A DNA stretch of 64,000 nucleotides from Bdellovibrionales bacterium (GTDB taxonomy: Bacteria; Bdellovibrionota; Bdellovibrionia; Bdellovibrionales; JAUICD01): positions 1,344,001 to 1,408,000 of the forward strand of contig OZ241865.1 in NCBI GenBank assembly GCA_965203275.1. Reading direction: 5' to 3'. The notes under the pieces are model-generated. The model did not search any database. It saw nothing but the letters and a program-made list of their open reading frames with translations, and was not told the DNA's origin. The position numbers and the translations under genes were made by a program. Positions 19,592 through 29,985 of this stretch are shown here, one piece after another; position 1 is the first letter of the stretch; the number at the start of each line of letters is the position of its first letter.

Positions 19592-22171
19592 ATGTCGCAA
19601 CCTAGGGTATTTGAATTTGCAAAAGAAATAGGTATAGAAACCTTATCTTTGATGGATAAGCTAAGGCAATGGAAGATCCCTGTCAAAAATCACATGACAG
19701 AATTAGACGAAGAAACACTTAAAACCATTCGTTCTCATTTACTTTCAGAAACTCGTAAAGATAAAAAAAAACCGCAGAAAAAAAAGCCAGTCAAGAAGAA
19801 GGCAACAACATCAGGAACCAAAGCCAAAACGTCAGCTACTCTCAAAAAAACTACTAAAAAGAAAGTGATCAGAAGAAAGGCCAGTGACCTGCCTTCTGCT
19901 AAACAAACTTATGCTCGAGTTCAAAAGCAATTGAAAAAAGAGGCTAATAAAAAAGAGCTTGAAAAACAAAAAGCACTAGCAGAATCTCAGAAAACTTCAG
20001 GTAAGGACAAAAAAGCAAAGGGTTCAAAGCAGACTTCTAAAGCAGATGTATCTCAAAAGGATCAAGGATCTCCTTCACAACAAAAAAAAACTTCTGATGA
20101 AAAAATTACAGGCAAAGCTATTATCGGAGAGATGGACCTTGGTCAGACGGATGTTTTATCCAAAGACAAAGATCTTTTAGCTGATGCTTCAAAAATATCT
20201 ATTGCTACTAAAGAACATGAGGATAAAGAAAAAGTTGCTTTTGTTAAAACTCCTAAGATACAGAGGGATGATTCAAGCAATTTATTTTTAGGGTCTGAAT
20301 TTCGTAAGAGAGAAGTGATCTTCCAACCTAAAAAGAAAAACCTCACTTTAGATAGAACAGCTCAAAAGACTCAAATCACAACTCCTGCAGCACATAAAAG
20401 GGTAGTTAAATTACATGGACAAATTGCCGTAGGAGATTTTGCACATCAGATGCAAATTAAAACCAGTCAATTAATTAGCACTCTCATTAAAAATGGCGTG
20501 CAAGCTAATATTAATTCTGTATTAGATTATGAAACGGCCTCTTTAATAGCTTCGGAGTTTCAATATGAAACAGAAAATGTACAAAAAACCTTGCAAGAGT
20601 TACTAAATGAAGCCTGCTTTGGAGAATTAGATGCTAAAAAAACAATCAGAGCTCCTATAGTGACTGTAATGGGACACATTGACCATGGCAAAACCACTCT
20701 TTTAGATGCTGTAAGAAAAACGAATGTGGTTTCAGCTGAGGCAGGTGGAATTACTCAACACATTGGTGCTTATTCTGTCTCTTTAGATCAGGGTAAAAGT
20801 ATTACATTTATTGATACCCCCGGACATGAAGCTTTTACTGCCATGAGAGCCAGAGGAGCTAATATTACAGATATTGTGGTGATTGTGATTGCTGCTGATG
20901 ATGGTATTATGCCTCAAACAATAGAAGCAATAGACCATGCAAAAGCTGCTCAAATTCCTATTATTATAGCTGTCAGTAAGATAGACAAAACAGATGGTAA
21001 TATAGAAAAGATTCGCCAAGAAGCTACAAAATTTGATTTGGTTTCAGAAGAGTGGGGTGGCCAAACTATTTTTGTTCCCATATCTGCTCCTAAGAGACAG
21101 GGTATATCAGATCTTTTAGAAACTATTTTATTAGTATCAGAAATGCAAGATCTCAAAGCTAACTCTCATCGCTCTGGCACAGGTGTTGTTATTGAAGCAG
21201 AGATGAAAAAAGGCAGAGGTCATGTAGTAACTCTTTTGGTCCAGGATGGTACTATTTCTAAAGGACAGTATATTGTAGCAGGATATATGGGGGGTTGCAT
21301 TAAATCTATTATGAATGATAGAGGCCAAAGAATCCCATCTGCAGGTCCTAGCATGCCAGTTGAAGTTTCAGGCTTGGATGGCTCACCTGCAGCGGGAGAT
21401 CGATTTGATATTTGCAAAGCAGAATCACAAGTTAATGAAATCATCAAAAAAAGAAAAAGCATGCAAACAACTGGAATAGTTGCTCCTCATCCTCAGATGT
21501 CTTTAGAAGATTTATTCTCTAAAGTTAAAAAAGAAGATGTGAGCATTTTACCTTTAGTGATTAAGACAGATGTATCTGGAACAGGTGAAGCAATTAAAGG
21601 TGCTATCAAAGCTTTGTTTGATAAGCTGTCTACTAAAGAGGTGGATGTAAAGATTATCCATCAAGCTGTAGGTGGAATCAGTGAGTCTGATGTATTACTT
21701 GCTACTTCTGCTAAAGGCATGGTAGTAGGTTTTAATGTACGACCTGACATAGGGGCTAGCCAATTAGCTAAAAAAGAAAATGTTTCTATTAAAACATATA
21801 AGATTATTTATGATCTCATTAAAGATATAGAAATGGCTGTACATGGTTTACTCACACCCACACTTAAAGAAAGTATCGTAGGTCACCTAGAGGTTCGTAA
21901 TGTCTTTACCATATCTAAGGTAGGAACGATTGCAGGATGTTTTGTCACTGATGGGCAAATACACAGAAATTCTGATATTCGACTTTTAAGAGAAAGTCGT
22001 GTGATTTATGAAGGAAAAGTAGGAGGTTTAAAGCGGTTTAAAGATGATATTAAAGAAGTAGCTAGTGGATTTGAATGTGGATTAAGTGTTGAAAACTATA
22101 ATGATATTAAGGTTGGTGACGTGATTGAAGTATTCAAAATAGTAGAAGTTCCTAAGACCTTATCTAGTTGA
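19592..22171 (+). CDS. infB: Translation initiation factor IF-2
   Basis: MGHIDHGKTTLLD, EAGGITQHIGAY, DTPGHEAF, LKRFKDD.KEV. Confidence 0.98.
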   Translation: MSQPRVFEFAKEIGIETLSLMDKLRQWKIPVKNHMTELDEETLKTIRSHLLSETRKDKKKPQKKKPVKKKATTSGTKAKTSATLKKTTKKKVIRRKASDLPSAKQTYARVQKQLKKEANKKELEKQKALAESQKTSGKDKKAKGSKQTSKADVSQKDQGSPSQQKKTSDEKITGKAIIGEMDLGQTDVLSKDKDLLADASKISIATKEHEDKEKVAFVKTPKIQRDDSSNLFLGSEFRKREVIFQPKKKNLTLDRTAQKTQITTPAAHKRVVKLHGQIAVGDFAHQMQIKTSQLISTLIKNGVQANINSVLDYETASLIASEFQYETENVQKTLQELLNEACFGELDAKKTIRAPIVTVMGHIDHGKTTLLDAVRKTNVVSAEAGGITQHIGAYSVSLDQGKSITFIDTPGHEAFTAMRARGANITDIVVIVIAADDGIMPQTIEAIDHAKAAQIPIIIAVSKIDKTDGNIEKIRQEATKFDLVSEEWGGQTIFVPISAPKRQGISDLLETILLVSEMQDLKANSHRSGTGVVIEAEMKKGRGHVVTLLVQDGTISKGQYIVAGYMGGCIKSIMNDRGQRIPSAGPSMPVEVSGLDGSPAAGDRFDICKAESQVNEIIKKRKSMQTTGIVAPHPQMSLEDLFSKVKKEDVSILPLVIKTDVSGTGEAIKGAIKALFDKLSTKEVDVKIIHQAVGGISESDVLLATSAKGMVVGFNVRPDIGASQLAKKENVSIKTYKIIYDLIKDIEMAVHGLLTPTLKESIVGHLEVRNVFTISKVGTIAGCFVTDGQIHRNSDIRLLRESRVIYEGKVGGLKRFKDDIKEVASGFECGLSVENYNDIKVGDVIEVFKIVEVPKTLSS

Positions 22172-22297
22172 TTTTGACAATTTGTATTTATCAAACAAAA
22201 TGTTTCGTAATGAAATATATTGATTTTAATTAAAAGTTATATTATTGTTAAAGATAAGTATTCATTAAATGCAACATAATAAAGGAGAAATAAATTT

Positions 22298-23716
22298 ATG
22301 AGTGACAAATCTATACCTACATTTGAAAGCATTATGAAAACTCTCAGTGAAATAGCGAAAAGTCAGAAAGAATCAGAGCGACAAAGCAGAGAAAGTGAGA
22401 AAAAACTACAAAAACTGCAAAAACAGCGAGCAGAAGATGAGAAAAAAATACAAAAACTACGAGAACAACGAGAGGAAGATGAGAGAAAAAGACAAAAGCA
22501 ACGAGAGGAAGATGAAAGAAAAAGACAAAAACAACGAGCAGAAGATGAGAAAAAGCGAGCAGAAGATGAGAAAAAAATACAAAAACTACGAGAACAACGA
22601 GAGGAAGATGAAAGAAAAAGACAAAAGCAACGAGAGGAAGATGAAAGAAAAAGACAAAAACAACGAGAGGAAGATGAGAAAAAACTACAAAAACTAAGAG
22701 AACAACGAGAGGAAGATGAAAGAAAAAGACAAAAACAACGAGAGGAAGATGAGAAAAAACTACAAAAACAACGAGAGGAAGATGAGAAAAAACTACAAAA
22801 ACAACGAGAGGAAGATGAGAAAAAACTACAAAAACTAAGAGAACAACGAGAGGAAGATGAGAGAAAAAGACAAAAACAACAAGAAGAAGATGAGAAAAAA
22901 CTACAAAAACAACGAGAGGAAGATGAGAAAAAACTACAAAAACAACGAGAGGAAGATGAGAAAAAACTACAAAAACTAAGAGAACAACGAGAGGAAGATG
23001 AGAGAAAAAGACAAAAACAACAAGAAGAAGATGAGAAAAAACTACAAAAACAACGAGAGGAAAATGAGAAAAAACTACAAAAACTAAGAGAACAACGAGA
23101 GGAAGATGAGAAAAAAATGAAAGAGAGAGAAAAAGAACATGAAAAAGCTAAAAAAGAAATGGCAGAAATAAGTCAGAAACTCAAAGATATTTCTGAACAG
23201 CAGATAATATCCGCAAATATCAGAGATAAAGAATATAAAAAAATTTCCAGACAATTTGGTAAGTGGGGTAACGAGTTAGGTTACATTGTAGAAAGTACAG
23301 TTGAAAGTAATTTAAAAGAAATTCTCAATAAAAGAAACATGAATATCATTAGAGTTATTAAAAATGTGGGTGGTAGAAGTTATGATGGGAGTGATGAAGA
23401 TTGGGAATTTGATTTTATTGCCCTTGGCAGAAAGGCCATTGTAGTGGTGGAAGCTAAATCAACTCTTGAGATTAAGGAGGTAAAACGTTTTCTACAAAAA
23501 TTAAGAAACATCAATAAATGGTGTCCTCATTATAGAGGTTTTAAAGTTTATGGTGGAGTGGCTTACTTAAAAGACAAAGAAAAGGCAGCTTTATTTGCTC
23601 AAGGGCAAGGTTTGTTTGTGATTCATGCAGTAGGAGATGCTGCAAAAATTAAGAATCCCAATCCATGGACACCAAAAGAAATTATCCAAGCTTCATTTAA
23701 TATGACTCCAGCTTAG
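22298..23716 (+). CDS. Coiled-coil repeat protein with C-terminal PD-(D/E)XK nuclease-like domain (DUF3782-like)
   Basis: LQKQREEDEKK-type repeats, then WGNELG..VE, EFDFIA..VVVEAKSTL, YGGVAYL, A..QGLFVI. Confidence 0.7.
   Translation: MSDKSIPTFESIMKTLSEIAKSQKESERQSRESEKKLQKLQKQRAEDEKKIQKLREQREEDERKRQKQREEDERKRQKQRAEDEKKRAEDEKKIQKLREQREEDERKRQKQREEDERKRQKQREEDEKKLQKLREQREEDERKRQKQREEDEKKLQKQREEDEKKLQKQREEDEKKLQKLREQREEDERKRQKQQEEDEKKLQKQREEDEKKLQKQREEDEKKLQKLREQREEDERKRQKQQEEDEKKLQKQREENEKKLQKLREQREEDEKKMKEREKEHEKAKKEMAEISQKLKDISEQQIISANIRDKEYKKISRQFGKWGNELGYIVESTVESNLKEILNKRNMNIIRVIKNVGGRSYDGSDEDWEFDFIALGRKAIVVVEAKSTLEIKEVKRFLQKLRNINKWCPHYRGFKVYGGVAYLKDKEKAALFAQGQGLFVIHAVGDAAKIKNPNPWTPKEIIQASFNMTPA
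22400..23120 (+). repeat. Purine-rich coding tandem repeats (33/42-bp units)
   Basis: Repeated CAACGAGAGGAAGATGAGAAAAAACTACAAAAA variants. Confidence 0.9.
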
Positions 23717-23740
23717 AAGAGTGATCTTGAATTATTTGTA

Positions 23741-24391
23741 ATGAAACTTAAAATAAATGAAATTTATAAAAGTATTCAAGGGGAGTCTACTTATGTAGGA
23801 CTTCCTACTATATTTATTCGGACTTCAGGATGTCCTTTAAGATGCTCTTTTTGCGATAGCTCTTTTGCTTTCTATGAAGGGTCTCAAATGTCTATAGATC
23901 AAATCCTACAAAAAGTCAGTCAATTAAAAACATCATATATTTGTGTCACAGGTGGTGAACCACTTATTCAAAAAAATATTTACAAACTTATGAATATTCT
24001 TTGTGATCAAAACTATCATGTTTCACTTGAAACTAGTGGAGCTAGGTCTTGTCAGAAAGTAGATCATAGAGTCAAAAAAATCATAGATGTGAAAACTCCA
24101 GATAGTGGTGCTAAAAATACTTTCTTATTAGAAAATCTTGATTACCTCAATAATAAAGATGAAATAAAATTTGTTATTTGTTCTCAAAAGGATTTTAACT
24201 GGTCCATAGATTTTTTAAAAAAACACCACCTGCCTGCTAAAATAGCTATATTATTTTCTCCTTCCCATGATGAGGTTACTGCTCAATGGCTTGCTGAAAA
24301 TATCCTATCTGCAAATTTTGATTCGGTTAATTTACGCATGCAAATACAAATACATAAGTATATATGGGATAAAAACACACGAAAAGTCTAG
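23741..24391 (+). CDS. queE: 7-carboxy-7-deazaguanine synthase (radical SAM)
   Basis: EIYKSIQGE, GCPLRCSFCD, TGGEPL, LETSG, Q.HKYIW. Confidence 0.9.
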   Translation: MKLKINEIYKSIQGESTYVGLPTIFIRTSGCPLRCSFCDSSFAFYEGSQMSIDQILQKVSQLKTSYICVTGGEPLIQKNIYKLMNILCDQNYHVSLETSGARSCQKVDHRVKKIIDVKTPDSGAKNTFLLENLDYLNNKDEIKFVICSQKDFNWSIDFLKKHHLPAKIAILFSPSHDEVTAQWLAENILSANFDSVNLRMQIQIHKYIWDKNTRKV

Positions 24392-24647
24392 CCTATACTT
24401 CAGACAAGATTCTCACCTTAATACACTATCAAAAGCCTCTTGCAAGTATTTAACACGCCTTGTCATAAATATAAGAGAAATGCTTGATGATTATTAAAAA
24501 AAGAAAGCACAATAAAAGTAAGTTTCGACTGTCTACGTTTAAATTGAAGGAATGTATTTTTATTACAGAAAACAGTAGCGGTTTAGTTCCTTACATCTTA
24601 AACTTTTTATTTTAAGTAAAGTGTTTTCCAAAGAGAGGAGGAACATT

Positions 24648-24986
24648 ATGAAGTCAACAACAACACAAACAATACATGTTCCGAAAGAGCGTTTAGAGCA
24701 AATCGAATATATACTTTCTCAATCAACCAAAGGTGTTCATCTTTTGTTTGATCGAGATACTTTAGTTAGTACTCTTCAAGAGCCTGTGGCTTCTAGAGAC
24801 TATTTTAATTGTGATAACCTCAATAAAGTTCAAAACATCCTTATAGAGATCATTAAGCAACCAACTATTGCAGAAAAAAGAAAATATTTAGCTACTTTAG
24901 AAGATGATGCTTATGAATTATTTCTAAGGACGTACTTTAATATTGTTGAAAACACAGTACTCACTTCCACACCAAACCATCATTAA
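24648..24986 (+). CDS. Hypothetical protein
   Basis: GGAGG RBS before ATG 24648; its last 58 nt fall inside the IS-flanking direct repeat. Confidence 0.65.
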   Translation: MKSTTTQTIHVPKERLEQIEYILSQSTKGVHLLFDRDTLVSTLQEPVASRDYFNCDNLNKVQNILIEIIKQPTIAEKRKYLATLEDDAYELFLRTYFNIVENTVLTSTPNHH

Positions 24987-25235
24987 TGGACATTGTCTTA
25001 AATAGGCTAAGTCTTACATTTATGACTCTTATACTGTTTATGCCTTGGAACATTTGAAAAGGGCAGTCACATTGTGTTTATACGGGATCTAGGATTTAGG
25101 ATCCGGCAGTCAGGCATCAGAAAGAACTTTTTCCTTAACATTTCACTCAAAAAGTGAAAAAATTTTAAACACACTTTATGCGAATCTAAACAAAAGTCAT
25201 AAAAATAAAACAATTATCGCTCTTTCATATCAAAT
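24929..25235 (+). repeat. Left copy of 307-bp direct repeat flanking the IS
   Basis: GACGTACTTT...CATATCAAAT, apparently identical to 27201-27507. Confidence 0.95.
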
Positions 25236-27200
25236 CCTGAGTTTGACAGTTGGAAAAATAAAGTTGAGTAAAATCAGTAGGTTATGAGTCGAAAGGGATT
25301 TTGTGCCACTAGGTTTTTGTTTTTGTGGCAGAATTTTGAACAATCTATTAAGATTGTGATTGTGATGATTCTACTTTTAATTGTTTTGCTGGTATTTTGA
25401 CTCCTATTGCTTTAAATACATCTGTTGCATGACCTGTGATATCTGTTCTCATCCACAGAGTCTTATCTTTTAATGTGACAGGCACTGCTCTGACTTCTTT
25501 TAACTTTAACATTGCTTCTGAAACACTCAGTTGCCTTGGTTGTTTATTCTGACCTGTCATTAATTCTTCTCTACATTTAATACCTTTTTCATAAAGCTTC
25601 TTGCTTAAATAAGCTTCACAAAGATATGATATAAAACATAATACTAAGTGACCTAATATCCTCTTGTCTGTCCAATGAAACATCGGACGAGTCTTGAGAA
25701 AACCTTTTATATCTCTAAATGCTTTCTCTACCTTCCAAAGATGTTTATAATTTAATATAAGCTCCTTAGAGGATAAGTTTTTTGCATTTGTAATAATTCC
25801 AAAAAATCCATCTTGTTGTTCTGATGCTTTTATTGCATCTTCATTTAATTGAGGCTTGTCTTTTGAAGTAGGATGACTTATGTATTTTTTGTAATTCATA
25901 TTAGATATAAAGTCTTTGGGATTAATTGTCTTTTTAGATAATTTTGTTTGCAGTTTAGATAAAATATCTTCTCTTAATTTTTTATCTCTTTCTGCTCGCT
26001 TTCTTGACCAACCGATGATACAACGACGACCTTTATGCTCTGTCTCATAGATAGCTAAGTCATCATTAACCCATTTAAAATTCTTTAGATTATATATCTC
26101 CTTAAAACGATCTTTTAATAAACCTAACTTTAATCCTACTATAAACTCATGACCTTCTTCCTTAAATAAATTTAGATTTTCATTAGAAAATAATCCACGA
26201 TCTCCTACTAATATAAATCTTCTTATGTTAAACTTCTCTTTTAACTTTGAGATCGCTTCTGGCATTGTTTTACCTTCATAAGTATTACCAGGATAAACAT
26301 CAAAGCCTAACGGCATACCTTCCGTATCTACTAACAAGCCAAATACAACTTGTGTGCAATCACTTCTTTTTTCTTTACTGTAACCAAATCTTCGAAGATC
26401 GTCTAAATCTTCTCTTGTACTCTCAAATCTCAAGGTGGTTAGATCATATAAAACAACATCACATTGATTAAAAAGATTCATCTGAGCTTTATTTTTATTG
26501 TAGAGTTTCTTTTCTATATCTTCCTTATGTTCTGCTAGAATATCTAAAGAACGATAAATATCCTGAAGATGAAGTTCTTTTTCTAAAAAGTCCGGATAAA
26601 ATAACTTCTGCCAGTGTGAAAAAACTTGCAGTTTAGAACATGGCTCTACAAATCGACTTATAACCAATGTGAAAACAATCTTAACAAAATCAAATCGCAG
26701 TTTAGGATGTTTTTTCTTCAAATCTGCTAATAATTCATAGAGGTTTAACTGTTTAAAAATAGCATCTATAATAAGCAGAGGACCTAAGATAAATGTATTT
26801 TTTATATCAATTTTTTTAGCTAATTGATTCGCAGAGATGATATCTAAATGACGGCTGATCAGTTCAGATAAGTCTTCTAATCGATCATCTTTAGACTTTC
26901 CTAAAGACATAAGTGTTCTATGGTGACTTTTACCATTTTTCCAATAGCTTTCAGCTATTTGATAGTAAGTTTGTCCTCTAGAGTTTTTTGTTTTCTTTAT
27001 GAACATAAGAATATACTAGAACAAAAATACAAAAAATCAAGAAAAAAACGACTTTTTAACGCACTGCATTCGAATTTTGTGCCACTAGGATTTTTTACAA
27101 AATCCCAAAAATTCAAGCTTGCAAATCCCTCTAACACCTATAAATAAAGCATTCTTAAAAAAAAGATATCCACATTTGCAAATCAACTGTCAAACTCAGG
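25236..27200 (-). mobile_element. IS1634-family insertion sequence (1965 bp)
   Basis: Perfect 17-bp terminal inverted repeats CCTGAGTTTGACAGTTG (25236-25252) / CAACTGTCAAACTCAGG (27184-27200); single DDE transposase; long flanking direct repeat. Confidence 0.92.
25348..27006 (-). CDS. IS1634-family DDE transposase
   Basis: YDLTTLRFES, GYSKEKRSD..QVV.GL, GN..E..T, GDRGL, Y..LW.VEKAFR..K..L..RP.FHW...RI.GH...CF. Confidence 0.93.
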   Translation of the reverse strand: MFIKKTKNSRGQTYYQIAESYWKNGKSHHRTLMSLGKSKDDRLEDLSELISRHLDIISANQLAKKIDIKNTFILGPLLIIDAIFKQLNLYELLADLKKKHPKLRFDFVKIVFTLVISRFVEPCSKLQVFSHWQKLFYPDFLEKELHLQDIYRSLDILAEHKEDIEKKLYNKNKAQMNLFNQCDVVLYDLTTLRFESTREDLDDLRRFGYSKEKRSDCTQVVFGLLVDTEGMPLGFDVYPGNTYEGKTMPEAISKLKEKFNIRRFILVGDRGLFSNENLNLFKEEGHEFIVGLKLGLLKDRFKEIYNLKNFKWVNDDLAIYETEHKGRRCIIGWSRKRAERDKKLREDILSKLQTKLSKKTINPKDFISNMNYKKYISHPTSKDKPQLNEDAIKASEQQDGFFGIITNAKNLSSKELILNYKHLWKVEKAFRDIKGFLKTRPMFHWTDKRILGHLVLCFISYLCEAYLSKKLYEKGIKCREELMTGQNKQPRQLSVSEAMLKLKEVRAVPVTLKDKTLWMRTDITGHATDVFKAIGVKIPAKQLKVESSQSQS

Positions 27201-27507
27201 GACGTACTTTAATATTGTTGAAAACACAGTACTCACTTCCACACCAAACCATCATTAATGGACATTGTCTTAAATAGGCTAAGTCTTACATTTATGACTC
27301 TTATACTGTTTATGCCTTGGAACATTTGAAAAGGGCAGTCACATTGTGTTTATACGGGATCTAGGATTTAGGATCCGGCAGTCAGGCATCAGAAAGAACT
27401 TTTTCCTTAACATTTCACTCAAAAAGTGAAAAAATTTTAAACACACTTTATGCGAATCTAAACAAAAGTCATAAAAATAAAACAATTATCGCTCTTTCAT
27501 ATCAAAT
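27201..27507 (+). repeat. Right copy of 307-bp direct repeat flanking the IS
   Basis: Matches 24929-25235. Confidence 0.95.
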
Positions 27508-27878
27508 TGTGTAAAATAAAAGGTAAAAGAACATCAAAATTTACTAATAGACTTTCTTACATTAAAGGGACAGATAGGGGAAGTAGATGACACTTTAGAT
27601 AGCATGGAAAGAGTTTATGATAATGCATTATTAGGAAGTTATTTACAGGATAAAATAGGTCAACTATTAAACTCTCAGGTTATTTGTTCTGTTCAAAAAA
27701 GATGAGGAGAAGGTTCTATAGATCCTAAAGATATTCAAAAAGAGCTTTTTCCAACAAGCACTCGTACTAGAAGTGATTATCGAGAGAGGCTCCAAAGAAG
27801 AAGATCAAGAACAGGAACAAGATAAACATAATAGAGTGTAATTAGTAACAATGAGTATAGATAAATAAGGAGGTATGT

Positions 27879-28322
27879 ATGACAAGAATTATAAGCAAGG
27901 TTGTTTTTTTAGTGATCATGTTTTATTACCCAATTGTTTTAAGTCAAATTAATTGGGGTAACTGTAGAGCTCTTAATAATCAACAAAAAACAAAAGTTCT
28001 ATATGCTCAATTACCAAGCGATAAGATAACATATTTATGTGTTATGAATGCACAGAGTTGTGAGTACGCGGGTACAGGTATCAGAATGTATGCATCTGAA
28101 AGAACTCCTATTGAGGTTATGTGTCCTGCAGCAAATTGCGAAGGTTCAGTTTACGAAAAAATCTGTCAGTGTCCTAGAGATATTAATGAATGTGCTAGTC
28201 GCAAACTGGAAGAGGATAATGTAAATTATAATAATAATGTAGAAAGAATCTCTTGGGGTTCTGCTCCTGATCGTAGAATTCGTCAACGCAGGTCAGATCG
28301 TAATAATAAAGGAGTCAATTAA
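27879..28322 (+). CDS. Hypothetical secreted Cys-rich protein
   Basis: AGGAGG RBS, signal peptide, several Cys, basic C-terminal tail. Confidence 0.65.
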   Translation: MTRIISKVVFLVIMFYYPIVLSQINWGNCRALNNQQKTKVLYAQLPSDKITYLCVMNAQSCEYAGTGIRMYASERTPIEVMCPAANCEGSVYEKICQCPRDINECASRKLEEDNVNYNNNVERISWGSAPDRRIRQRRSDRNNKGVN

Positions 28323-28352
28323 ATAAGATTATTTATAAAAGGAGTTAGAAAA

Positions 28353-28646
28353 ATGAAAGTATTGGCATTTGTTATAAGTATTTTTTTATTTTGGCCAGCT
28401 AAATCAGATTTAAAAAATGTTGAATTTTCTGGAGAGGTTTACACTTTGAATAAAGAGTATGTCAAACTCCGTGATCATCAAAGAGGATTGGAGATTACTA
28501 TTCCTCGCCATCTTGTTAAAAAAAAGGTTTTAGCTGGAAAGCCAGTTACATTGACACTGGATTCTGTGGAAGGTGTGGTTCTTAAAAAAACACCGAAGGG
28601 ACCAGAACAATCAAAACGCCAACCAGCGACAAAAAAGAAAAAGTAA
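28353..28646 (+). CDS. Hypothetical secreted protein
   Basis: AAGGAG RBS, signal peptide. Confidence 0.6.
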   Translation: MKVLAFVISIFLFWPAKSDLKNVEFSGEVYTLNKEYVKLRDHQRGLEITIPRHLVKKKVLAGKPVTLTLDSVEGVVLKKTPKGPEQSKRQPATKKKK

Positions 28647-28773
28647 GCCATCTTGTTTATCTTCATAGAAGAAATTCTCTCTCTTTAACATCGTGTTAAG
28701 ATATGACTCTGTATAGTTTTGATTGTTTTCTCTTAGCATGGTGATTAAAGCTTTAATAGTTAGAGTATTGTAT

Positions 28774-28849
28774 TGGCTCAGAGGGAGGGACTCGAACCCC
28801 CGACCAATTGATTAACAGTCAACTGCTCTACCAACTGAGCTACCCCTGA
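28774..28849 (-). tRNA. tRNA-Asn (GTT)
   Basis: Reverse strand TCAGGGGTAGCTCAGTTGGTAGAGCAGTTGACT-GTT-AATCAATTGGTCGGGGGTTCGAGTCCCTCCCTCTGAGCCA: cloverleaf, 76 nt, encoded CCA. Confidence 0.97.
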
Positions 28850-28884
28850 ACTATCTTTTATGATATAAGGCTTTAATAGAAAAA

Positions 28885-29985
28885 TCAAGATTTGTTTTTT
28901 ACAATAAAAGGTGTCTTGACAACTTCTGCTTTGACCAAATGTTGTCGAATCACAACCCTTACCTGATGACTTATACTGGCAAACTGATTCGAAACATAAC
29001 CAATACCAATAGGGACACCTAAAGTAGGTGACAATATACCACTTGTTATGTCACCAATTTCAACCTTCTCATCATTTTGAATTTTATACCCTTGTCTAGG
29101 GATACCTCCACCTTCTAACATTTTTAAACCTACAAGTTTGCGAGAAATGCCCATTTCTTTTACTTTCCATATTGCATCTCGTCCTATAAAATCCCCTTTC
29201 TTGAACTTCACTACCCAACCTAACCCAGATTCTATCGGATTAATATCTTCATCGATCTCATGCCCATATAAAGGATATTTCATTTCTATTCGCAAAGAAT
29301 CTCTTGCTCCTAATCCAATAGCACCTACCTGTAAATCTTGACCTTCATCCAAGAGCCTCTGCCAAAGATCACAAACCTGCTCCACAGGCACAAAAACTTC
29401 CACCCCTTCTTCTCCTGTATAACCTGTTCGAGCAATCCAACAATCATGACAAAAAATACAATCAAAAGAGTTTAAACTTAAAATATTTTCACCAAAAATT
29501 AAAGAGGCTAATTGTAGAGCTTTTGGTCCTTGTATAGCAATCAAAGACCAATCATCACTCTCATCACTCACCTGCACATCTTCACGGATATTTCCCCTTT
29601 GATGCTCCTTAATCCATTCTAAATCTTTATCCTTATTAATAGCATTTACACACATCAAATAATCTTTGTCTTTTTCAATACAATAAATAATCACATCATC
29701 CACAATGCCTCCCTTAAAATTTGTAAGTAGTGAATACTGAGCTTTCCCAGTATCTAACTTACTGACATTATTACAAGTGACCCATTGTAAATGATCAGTA
29801 GCTTTCTGTCCCTTGATGCGTATTTGTCCCATGTGAGACACATCAAAAATCCCTACGTGATTCCTGACCCGGTTATGTTCTTTGCGAATACCCTCCTCAT
29901 ACTGTACAGGCAACAAAAAGCCAGCAAAAGGGATCATCCTAGCCTTTAAATTTAAATGACTATCATAAAGAGCTGTCTTTTTCAC
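28885..29985 (-). CDS. gcvT: Glycine cleavage system aminomethyltransferase T
   Basis: T.LY..H, FDVSHMG, ARTGYTGE.G.E, GLGARDSLR.E..YPLYG. Confidence 0.96.
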   Translation of the reverse strand: MKKTALYDSHLNLKARMIPFAGFLLPVQYEEGIRKEHNRVRNHVGIFDVSHMGQIRIKGQKATDHLQWVTCNNVSKLDTGKAQYSLLTNFKGGIVDDVIIYCIEKDKDYLMCVNAINKDKDLEWIKEHQRGNIREDVQVSDESDDWSLIAIQGPKALQLASLIFGENILSLNSFDCIFCHDCWIARTGYTGEEGVEVFVPVEQVCDLWQRLLDEGQDLQVGAIGLGARDSLRIEMKYPLYGHEIDEDINPIESGLGWVVKFKKGDFIGRDAIWKVKEMGISRKLVGLKMLEGGGIPRQGYKIQNDEKVEIGDITSGILSPTLGVPIGIGYVSNQFASISHQVRVVIRQHLVKAEVVKTPFIVKNKS

